Positions 29,490 through 37,864 of a stretch of DNA of 64,000 bases are shown piece after piece. How positions within the stretch are numbered: the first letter of the stretch is position 1; each line of letters opens with the position of its first letter. The notes under the pieces were generated by a model. That model was not told the origin of the DNA. It worked only from the letters and a program-made list of their open reading frames with translations, and did not search any database. The stretch is from Thecamonas trahens ATCC 50062 (Eukaryota; Protista; Apusomonadida): positions 310,001 to 374,000 of the forward strand of contig NW_013657669.1 of the NCBI RefSeq assembly GCF_000142905.1, read 5' to 3'. Made by a program: the position numbers and the translations under genes.

Positions 29490-31385
29490 TCAGTCACCCT
29501 GCGTCGCGGCTTCCCCCCCGAGGCCGCGCTTGTGCAGCCGCTTAGCTTGCAGAGCCTGAACAGTATTGGCGGCGACAACAAGCGTTCGCTGGTCGTCCTC
29601 GTCGAGCCGATCGAAGAGGCGATACACCCGCGAGACGACCAAGGCCTTGAGCGCCGCCCGGTCGGACGACTTGAACTTGAACGGAATGTGGTAGCGCGAG
29701 AACTTGCGGAGGTAAAAGTACGAGGCCTCGCCCGCCTTGACCGCCAGCGCAAGAAGGACAACGGCCATGATGCCAGCTACAGCGAGCGCAATGCGCCACA
29801 CCGCGTCGGCATCGGCGCCATCGCCCAATGCTACCAGCGAGAGGCCGAACAGATGGGCAACAAAGGTGGCGATGAGACACGCGATGTGGTACGCATTGAG
29901 CTCCGGCCGCAGATACGGCATGAAGAACGCTTCCGCAAGCAGGACGGCAAACCGGACCATGAGTGAGGCGACCACAACGAGGACCGGCGTGTACGTGGTG
30001 CATGCCAGACCGGCGAGCACCGCCCGGAAGCTCGCCTTGATCGCCACCCACCCGTACATGCTCGGCCGGAACGAGACGTACAACGCACCATACTTGAGTG
30101 CCATGTCGCGGTCGTGCCGCGCATGCCCGACGTGCAAAAGTAGCGCCGCGAGGCCGGCCGGCGCAACCACCGCTCCCAGCGCCGACGCCGCAGCCGCCAC
30201 AGGCATCGCCAGCCACCACGCCCGGTCGTAGCAAGGAATATGAGCCGCAAAGATGAGGCGCGTCCCGGCCGCGCCATGGCCTTCGCATGCAAACAGCGAG
30301 ACAGCCTTGAAAAGAAACAGCGGATGGACAACCAACAGCATGTACACAACTGCGTTCGTTGCGTGCGCGGCACGGTCCGAACGCGCGCCGCCGCCCATCG
30401 TGCTCCGCCTGTTCCCGCTGCCCCCGCCCCCGTTTGAAAACATCCTTGCAACCATCGACCGCCCGCTTCCGCTCCCCTCGCTCCGTCCGCACACCGCCAC
30501 AGCGCTCACATACGCCGTGCTCACTACCGCCACCACAAGCACTGGCCCGAGGAGCGAGACGCCCCACAGCTGGTAGAAAGTCAGGCCCGGAAAGACACAT
30601 TCGAGTGCAAGCAGATCGGCGTTGACCAGCGAGACCGACGCCCACTTGAGCGCCGTACCCACCACCCGCGGCCACACCACCGGCAGCAGATAAACCAGCC
30701 CGATGTCCTGGAGAAAGGCCATCACTAGTGGGAGCCACCCGCGGAGAACGCCCACGGGCACCGTAAGTGTCACCGCGCCCATCACCGCCACGTACCCACC
30801 CAGCACAGCTGCCATCCGCAGTATCGGCGCCGCAGAGCACTCGTGACACTCCCAGTGGATGCGATAGTACCCGCGAGCGCACGCACCACACAGCTCGCCG
30901 GTGTGGCCCGCGTCGCACCCCGAAGGCCCGCCGCACGCCGATCGCGCCGCGCAAGGCGCAAACCGCGTGCCTGCCGCGTCTAGCCGGTACCATCCGGGCG
31001 CTGCAGGGAGCGGCGGCTCAGTGCCGCGCGCACACAGCGCTCCGGGCGGACACGGCTCGCAGCTGAAGACGCTCCCGTCGCCGGCCGGCGCTACAAACGC
31101 GAATCCGCTCGCGCATCGACAGAGCGACACATTCCACGCTCCCGGCAGCGACCACGTCGAGCCGGGTGCGCTTGTTCCCGATGCCTCTGCCTCGCACTCG
31201 CGGCAGCTCGCGCTCTCGCCGCCGCTCGAGTATGTCCCGGCCGGGCAGACCGCACAGAACGTCGTTCCGCCACTTCCGCTCGACGGTGCATGGCCGGGTG
31301 GGCAGTAGAGGCCTGCGACCCCGTCTGCGCACACCAGCACCACGCCCGCCAGAGCCAGCCACAGCACCACAGCCGCAACGCCCAT
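29490..31385 (-). CDS. Signal-peptide protein with Cys-rich (ephrin-receptor-like/GCC) repeats and multi-TM domain
   Basis: Signal peptide MGVAAVVLWLALAGVVLVCA; CPPG, CAVCPAGTYS, CEPCPPGALC and GHTGELCGACARGYY; at least 7 TM segments with KYGALYVSFRP. This is a common protist receptor-like architecture. Confidence 0.8.
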   Translation of the reverse strand: MGVAAVVLWLALAGVVLVCADGVAGLYCPPGHAPSSGSGGTTFCAVCPAGTYSSGGESASCRECEAEASGTSAPGSTWSLPGAWNVSLCRCASGFAFVAPAGDGSVFSCEPCPPGALCARGTEPPLPAAPGWYRLDAAGTRFAPCAARSACGGPSGCDAGHTGELCGACARGYYRIHWECHECSAAPILRMAAVLGGYVAVMGAVTLTVPVGVLRGWLPLVMAFLQDIGLVYLLPVVWPRVVGTALKWASVSLVNADLLALECVFPGLTFYQLWGVSLLGPVLVVAVVSTAYVSAVAVCGRSEGSGSGRSMVARMFSNGGGGSGNRRSTMGGGARSDRAAHATNAVVYMLLVVHPLFLFKAVSLFACEGHGAAGTRLIFAAHIPCYDRAWWLAMPVAAAASALGAVVAPAGLAALLLHVGHARHDRDMALKYGALYVSFRPSMYGWVAIKASFRAVLAGLACTTYTPVLVVVASLMVRFAVLLAEAFFMPYLRPELNAYHIACLIATFVAHLFGLSLVALGDGADADAVWRIALAVAGIMAVVLLALAVKAGEASYFYLRKFSRYHIPFKFKSSDRAALKALVVSRVYRLFDRLDEDDQRTLVVAANTVQALQAKRLHKRGLGGEAATQGD

Positions 31386-31976
31386 CCGCCCCCGTCTTCT
31401 TGCGCCGCAAGTGAGTGAGGTGATCACAGCCTCAAGTCAGTGGCGGCATTGCCGGCTTGAGTTGGCCAGCAGGCGGAAGACGACAAAAAAAAGTGCGGTC
31501 CGCGCTCCTCCTCAATTCGAAACCAGACACCCCCGCATACCGCCTCCATGAGCACGCCGCACCCATCTCTGAACCACAGCCGCGAGCTACAACGCGGAAA
31601 CGCAGCTAGCAGCGCCTGCACAGCGGATACCGAGGGTATAACCACGAGCAAAAGAAGGGGGGCCTCGAGGGCCCCTAGAAATTATGTTTGTGGAGCTGAT
31701 AGCACGTTCACCTTGGACATCAGAGAGAAAAGTTATCCGATGTGTTGTTGTAGGCGACGCCAACTCCAACTCGATCCGTCGTTCGCAGTTGACTATAAAC
31801 CATTCATCCGATTGCACGACCGAACGCGACATGCCGCGTCGTCGTGCAGGCTCGCACTCGCGCTCGCGCCACGTGGTGGCGACGTTGACGCACTCACCAT
31901 CACCTCTCGTCTCGCCCAGACAAGACATTGACCGCTCCACCCGGCTTCTTCTCCGTATCTTTATAGAAAGCCTTTC

Positions 31977-33863
31977 ATGTACCGCCTTCTGCGCCCCCAG
32001 GCCGCGGTAACGCTCGCATCGCTGCGGTCGGCATCGCTGACGTCGTCGGCACCTGCAGCGAGCGACGCGACATCTTCGGCGACGGCGTCGTCGCGAGCGA
32101 CCGGCTCGGGCGGCTCGATGATGGGCGCGCTGTCGATGGCCGGCGTCTCGGCCGCACTCATGGCGGCTTCGGTGACTAACGTTGCGGCGACCGGGGCTGC
32201 TGTCGGGCCCGAGGCTCTCGACGATCCGGTCCTTGCCGCCGTCCTCCGCGATGCCGCTGGCCGCGACACTCGCGACGCCGGCTTTGCCGCCGAGCATGAG
32301 CTCGGCATCAGCGGCTCGCCGGCGCTCGACTTTGATTCGCTCACTGGCTTTGCTGCCGATCACCTCTCTGCGCCGGGCCGCATCGACAGCGCGCCACAGA
32401 CCAAGGCCGCGGCGCGGCAGCAGCGGCGACTGGCGGATGCCGTCGCCGCCGCTCTCGAGTCGCCGCCGGTTGCCTCGTCAGCGGTCTTTGGCCCCGGCTC
32501 GCCGACGGGTAGCTACCTGCGCGAGCATCTGGCGAACGCGGGCAAGCCGAGCGGGTCGTCATCGGGGCGGCTGGTCTTTGACGCCGCCTCACCGGTCCTC
32601 CTTCCCGCCGAGTCTCACACCGCGTTTGGCACGCTCTATGCCGGCGTCATGGACGGCGTCCTCCAGGTCTTTGTGCGGCGCATTCCGGCCGATGTCGCCG
32701 ACATTGCCGCGCTCAAGGCCGAGGCCCGGTCCCTGGCCGCGCACGACGCCGAAGGTTGCTGGCTCTCTTTCCGCGGCATCGAGCGCGACGCCCACTATGT
32801 GTACGTCGTCTACTCCGGGCCGGCGGTCCTGCTGCGGGCGGCGCTTGTTGAGGCGGCGGGTGGGAGCGGGCCGCTGGCGACGCTCGGCGCACGGCTGGCG
32901 TTCTGCGCCTCGCTCCTCCGTGCCATCGGCCCGGCGCCAGACCTGGCCCACATTGCGCCGCACACTGTGATGGTGAACAGCGACGGGCTTGCGGTGCTGA
33001 CCGGCTTTGACCCCGCTACATGCGCCCATGCGGGCGGCTCTGATGGCCATGGCCCGTTCTCGTCGCTCGCGGCCCTGGTGTTCTACATTGTGACGGCTGG
33101 CTCGCGGCTCGGCGCCGGTGCGCGACTGGCCTCGGTCCGGGCCATGTGCCCTGTTGCTGGACCTCAGGCTGCGCACCTGGTGCGGGCGCTAGTCGACGGT
33201 ATGGCGCCGCTCGACAGCCGCGATCCCGCGAGCGTGCTACAGCATCCTGCGTTTCTGGCGGCCGAGGCGCAGATGGCGCTCGTTGCCGCGCTCACCTCGC
33301 GAGTCCGCGCCGCGCGCACCCTCGCGGCCGGGCCACCGTCTCGGTTTGCAGCTGCTGAAGCTGCGTTCCTGGCCTCGGTCGAGTCAGCGCTTGCACCCCT
33401 GGCCGACTCTGAGCTTGCGGCTTTTCTCGCGTCGCCACAGGGATGGAAGGGCGCGTTTGACGAGGCAATTGTGGCGCATCTCGGTGCTTTCCGTGCGTAT
33501 GATAGCGGCTCTGTCCTCGATCTTGTCTTTTTTGTCCGCAACTTTGAGGCGCACGCCTCCGAGTTTCCCGACGAGGTGCTTCGCCTTCTTGCCGACACCG
33601 CCGACACTGCCGACGCTGCGGGCGGCGACGTAGAGGAAGCATGCTACAGGCTCCGGATCGAGGCGCCGCGGCGGCGTGCGGCGGTGGCCAACTTTGTTGT
33701 GGCACGCGTGCCATCGCTTGCGTGCTCGGTCTTTGCTGCGCTGCAGGCCGGCGCTGCAGCGCCTTCGCCTGCACCCGCGGCTGCAGCGCCTGCTCCGGTG
33801 GCACAAACGTCGTGGACGACGGTGGTGGCGCGTGGCCGGCGGCGCGACGGCATGTGCGAATAA
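31977..33863 (+). CDS. IRE1/RNase L-like pseudokinase-KEN ribonuclease
   Basis: IRE1-like N-lobe FGTLYAGVMDGVLQVFVRRI...EARSLAAHD...SFRGIERDAHYVYVV, kinase end VLQHPAFL, and KEN motif FRAYDSGSVLDLVFFVRNFEAHASEFP. Confidence 0.75.
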   Translation: MYRLLRPQAAVTLASLRSASLTSSAPAASDATSSATASSRATGSGGSMMGALSMAGVSAALMAASVTNVAATGAAVGPEALDDPVLAAVLRDAAGRDTRDAGFAAEHELGISGSPALDFDSLTGFAADHLSAPGRIDSAPQTKAAARQQRRLADAVAAALESPPVASSAVFGPGSPTGSYLREHLANAGKPSGSSSGRLVFDAASPVLLPAESHTAFGTLYAGVMDGVLQVFVRRIPADVADIAALKAEARSLAAHDAEGCWLSFRGIERDAHYVYVVYSGPAVLLRAALVEAAGGSGPLATLGARLAFCASLLRAIGPAPDLAHIAPHTVMVNSDGLAVLTGFDPATCAHAGGSDGHGPFSSLAALVFYIVTAGSRLGAGARLASVRAMCPVAGPQAAHLVRALVDGMAPLDSRDPASVLQHPAFLAAEAQMALVAALTSRVRAARTLAAGPPSRFAAAEAAFLASVESALAPLADSELAAFLASPQGWKGAFDEAIVAHLGAFRAYDSGSVLDLVFFVRNFEAHASEFPDEVLRLLADTADTADAAGGDVEEACYRLRIEAPRRRAAVANFVVARVPSLACSVFAALQAGAAAPSPAPAAAAPAPVAQTSWTTVVARGRRRDGMCE

Positions 33864-33923
33864 AGTGAGTATTTGAGAGCATGACGTGGAATGGGGCCGT
33901 TTTACTTGCTTTGCGCTGCGTGC

Positions 33924-35260
33924 TCATGTGCGGTCGCCCCGATCGCCGGCCGCAGTGGCCGAGAACACAAACGGGTCGTCGCGGTCCGAGTTGACGACAG
34001 CAGCGGCGGCAGGCGGGCTGGTAAGGATGACGTCACAGTCAGAGTAGCCTCCGTCGTCGTCGTCATCGTCTGCCCCGTCGTCGTCGTCGTCGACATAGTC
34101 GTTGGCGTGCAGCCACTTGAGCACAGTCTCAAAGGTGAGATACACGCATGCAGTCGAAGGAACAGCCTTGAGGGCGTTGGGCTTGAGGCCGCGGTAGAGG
34201 CCGATGAAGCCCTGCTCGCGGACGATGACCTGGATGCAGTGGGCGACGCCGCGGTACTTGACCCTGCGGTCGTGGACGCCCTGGGTCTGCAGCCGGGTCC
34301 GCACAAGCATCATGGGGTAGGTGACGATCTGCGAGAGGAGCGAGGCCGTGGCACCAAAGGCGAGCGAGGTGATGGACGGCAGGCCGGCGTGCAGCTTGTC
34401 ATCACTCACGTGTTCCATGTAGCGGTCGCGGAGCGTAAAGAAGATGCCCATCTCCAGGGCCGAGTACGGGACGTAGCCGAGGAGGTTGGCGACGAGGCCG
34501 CGGTAGAGCGACTTGAAGCCGCCGGTCTTGACCGACCGCACGTAGCAGTCGAGGATGCCGGCAAACTCGCCCTTGGCAGAGACGGTCATCCTTGTCTTGA
34601 CCACCTCCATCGGGTAGATGACCAGCTGGGTAAAGAGCCCGGCGCCGGCGCCACAGAGCATGTTCTCGTGCGGCGCCGGGGCCTCGGGATCGGCGGCAAA
34701 GGCGTCCGTCAGCACGTCGCGCCAGATGAATCGCGACGCCGTCTCGGGAATGACCTGTGCCCCATGGACCTCCTTGCGTGTGAGTCTTCTCCTGCTCCTG
34801 CTACTCTGGTGTGCGAGGGTGGGCGCATGTGCGCGGCCAAGTGGCGTCAGGCGAGGGATGGGCGGCTGAGAGGGCAAGGCGACGAGCAAGGGCGGGGGGG
34901 GGGGGGGGGGAGGGGGGATTGAGGGCAGAGACAAGGCGAGGAACATACCTTTGTGACGTTGGCAAAGTTGCCGCGCCAGAAGCCGCGGATACCGCCCTCG
35001 CGGTAGATGGCGCGGGCCTTGGCGGCTACACCGTGCTCTGCCCGGTAGAGGCGCTCGTAGGCCGCCAGCGACATCCCGGGCGGCCGGGTGGAGACACCGC
35101 GGCCCTCCTGAAGCAGAAGCTTGAGACGGTCGAGCGGCGCGGTGATGGTTCGCGAGACCGCACCGGCGACGCCTCCGGCAAGGAGGTTGGTCGCCAGAGG
35201 CGAGGTGCGGATGTTCGCCCGGAACTCGTCCAGGAACGCCCCTACGCTACCGGCTGCCAT
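33924..35260 (-). CDS. Mitochondrial carrier (SLC25; SCaMC/CoA-carrier-like, no EF-hands); exons 34949-35260 and 33924-34754
   Basis: Carrier signatures AGGVAGAVSRTITAPLDRLK, FWRGNFANVTK|VIPETA, YPMEVVKTR and YPMMLVRTRLQ. The intron 34755-34948 runs GTATGT...CAG. Confidence 0.92.
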
Positions 35261-35623
35261 GAGTTGGGTGTGGCGGGGCGAGCGGCGGCAAAGGCTGAGG
35301 GAGGGACTGCGGGGCGGCGGCGGGGCGGGGGGGGGGGGGGGGATCGGGCCGGATCGGGGCGATGCGGCCGAAGAGGATGGGTGTCGGTATTAGGGGTAGA
35401 ACGGAGGGTGGAGAGGGTGAGAGGGTGTTGAGGTGGGGCCAAGGAGGGGAGAGATCGCCGGTTGCGTTCGTGAAGGCAGGCGACGGACGAGCCATCGGTG
35501 GGCGGATGGGCGAGTGTATGGCGGGATGGGGAGAGATCGAGAAGAAGATTGTGTGTTACCGTTGGCGCTAGCCAACACGCTCGTGCTGGCTAACTGCGAT
35601 TGACTGGGCGAGACTGGTGGGCG

Positions 35624-36271
35624 CTAGTGATGGCAGCACGACTTCGAAGGACCCTTGGAGCAGGCGTGGAAGCCGTGGCAGACCCAGGTAGCCATGCACG
35701 ACGAGTCGCAGAGCCAGTGGACGAGCATGTCGCAGCCCTTGTTGAGGACGGCGTCGCAGATCGGGGCGCCTGCATCGCAAAAGGTGGAGAGGCCGGCGGA
35801 GAGGCCCTTGCAGAGGTACTTTTCGGACAACTTGATGCCCTCACCGATTGTGTCCTGGCACAGGCCGCACTCGCCCCAGATGGCGGCAACCTTGGGCTGC
35901 GGCGGAGTCGAGGCTTGGCAGATGCCGACGCTGGCGCAGGTCTGGGCCGGCTCGACCGCGTTGGCGGCATCGAGGCAGAGCTGGGCAACAGCGTCGAGAC
36001 AGAGCGCGTCCTCGGTGGCGTCGACGCCAAACGAGCACGACTTGGCCTGCATGTGCGCGGTGCAGGCGGCCACAGTCCGGTTCAGGGCAGCGAACTCGTC
36101 CATCAGCTCCTGCTGCTTGAGCATGCACTTGTCGCACAGCACACCGAGGTACTTTTCCTGCAGGCCGCGGAACATAGCCTCGTCATCGGCCGAGAGGCTT
36201 GCCGGCACGCTGGCTGCCGCCGAGGAGGCGAGCGCGGCAACGAGCACGAGAGCAACAACAAGCTTGAACAT
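35624..36271 (-). CDS. Secreted saposin-like (SAPLIP) protein with two Cys-rich domains
   Basis: Signal peptide; LCDKC...PAQTCASVGIC and ECGLCQ...FC...IC...VCHGFHAC match saposin B Cys spacing. Confidence 0.75.
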   Translation of the reverse strand: MFKLVVALVLVAALASSAAASVPASLSADDEAMFRGLQEKYLGVLCDKCMLKQQELMDEFAALNRTVAACTAHMQAKSCSFGVDATEDALCLDAVAQLCLDAANAVEPAQTCASVGICQASTPPQPKVAAIWGECGLCQDTIGEGIKLSEKYLCKGLSAGLSTFCDAGAPICDAVLNKGCDMLVHWLCDSSCMATWVCHGFHACSKGPSKSCCHH

Positions 36272-36488
36272 AGCGGTTCAGTCTTGCTAAGCGGTTTGAA
36301 GAGTCGAGTGTGGCCGACTTGGCTGTACCCGTACCTCTGCCGCCGGTCGTCGTTGCTGGTTTTTCGCCGGCGGTCACGCGACTTTTCCAAATTGATTGGT
36401 GCGTGCGCATGACTTGTTTTTTTCGGCAAAATTGGCCGCACCGGTCCTGCCACGGCGGAGAGATGGGATGGCCAAGATGTCAGGGATA

Positions 36489-36489
<1 letters not shown>

Positions 36490-36568
<79 letters not shown>
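36490..36568. repeat. (TG)n microsatellite
   Basis: About 39 units read directly. Confidence 0.98.
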
Positions 36569-36569
<1 letters not shown>

Positions 36570-36573
36570 GCGA

Positions 36574-36673
36574 NNNNNNNNNNNNNNNNNNNNNNNNNNN
36601 NNNNNNNNNNNNNNNNNNNNNNNNNNNNNNNNNNNNNNNNNNNNNNNNNNNNNNNNNNNNNNNNNNNNNNNNN
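36574..36673. other. Assembly gap (N run)
   Basis: 100 N. Confidence 1.
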
Positions 36674-36748
36674 ACGGGTGACGGGTGACGGGTGACGGGT
36701 GACGGGTGACGGGTGACGGGTGACGGGTGACGGGTGACGGGTGACGGG
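36674..36748. repeat. (ACGGGTG)n 7-bp tandem repeat, at least 10 perfect copies, truncated by the gap
   Basis: Read directly; it runs into a poly-G tract. Confidence 0.97.
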
Positions 36749-36957
36749 GGGGGGGGGGATTGAGCTGGAAGTGGCTGTCGCTGTGGCTTGTGCGAAGGCG
36801 CCCCTCCCCCTTCCCTTCCACCCACCACCACCACCACCACCACCACCACCACCACCACCACCACTCGTCCGCTCCACACACTCCACCCACTCCACACACT
36901 CCACCCCAATTCCCTCTCCCTTCTACCCTCACCCCCCCACACCCTCACCCTCCACAT

Positions 36958-37848
36958 ATGGCGTTCTCCGGAGGCCAGCAGGTACGCCTCCTTCTCCCCT
37001 CCCGCCAGCCCCTCCTCCTCCTCCTCCTCCTCTCACTCACCCCACCCACCCACCCACCCACCCCTGTACAGTACGGATACGGATCCGGAGGCAACCCGCT
37101 GATGCGCCCGCCACCACCAGGGCTTGGCTCTAACATGGCCTATGGTCGCCCCCAGCGACCAGCGCAGGCACCGGCCCAGGCGCCGCATGTGGCAGGTGCA
37201 AGCAATGGGCTGGCAGAGTCCGAGGAGGTCGAGGAGGTCAAGCTGTGGGCGACGTCGCGCGAGCGCGAAAAGGTTGAGAACATGGCTGATCTATACGCCA
37301 TCATCCTCACGGTCGAGCTGCTGGAGAAGGCGTACATTCGTGATTCGATCTCGGCCGACGAGTACACACCGGCGTGCTCCAAGCTCATTGCCCAGTTCAA
37401 GGCAGCCCAGAACCTGCTCTCGTCGGTAGTCCCAGACATCCAGGTCTTTATGGCAGAGTACCGCATGGAATGCCCGGCGGCGGTCAATCGGCTCCTCACT
37501 ATCGGCGTGCCGGCGACGGTCGAGCATGGCGCGTTGACGTCGGACGACTCGTCCAAGCATGCGCAGCATGTCGCCGAGGCCGTCCACCACTTTATCTCGG
37601 CTCTCGACGCCCTCAAGATCGGCCTCTCGGCCGTCGACGAGATCCACCCGGTCCTCAAAGACCTACTCACCTCGCTCAATGCCGTCGCCTCGCTCCCGCC
37701 CGACTACGACGGCAAGGCCACCGTCAAGCAGTGGCTCACGCAACTCAACCAGATGCAGGCCTCGGACAACTTGTCCGAGACCGAGACCCGCCAGCTGCTC
37801 TTCGATCTCGAGACCGCCTACAACGGCTTCCACACTGCGCTCAAGTAG
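36958..37848 (+). CDS. VPS28: ESCRT-I subunit VPS28; intron 36982-37071
   Basis: EEVKLWATSREREKVENMADLYAII...LEKAYIRD...YTPACSKLIAQFK and RQLLFDLETAYNGF. The intron runs GTACGC...TACAG. Confidence 0.95.
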   Translation: MAFSGGQQVRLLLPSRQPLLLLLLLSLTPPTHPPTPVQYGYGSGGNPLMRPPPPGLGSNMAYGRPQRPAQAPAQAPHVAGASNGLAESEEVEEVKLWATSREREKVENMADLYAIILTVELLEKAYIRDSISADEYTPACSKLIAQFKAAQNLLSSVVPDIQVFMAEYRMECPAAVNRLLTIGVPATVEHGALTSDDSSKHAQHVAEAVHHFISALDALKIGLSAVDEIHPVLKDLLTSLNAVASLPPDYDGKATVKQWLTQLNQMQASDNLSETETRQLLFDLETAYNGFHTALK

Positions 37849-37864
37849 TTTACAGCCCGAGGCG

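Noticed and set aside
36674-36748. Possible telomeric or CRISPR-like repeat
   Set aside because: There are no spacers or cas genes. The unit is not TTAGGG-like and it lies internally between two genes.
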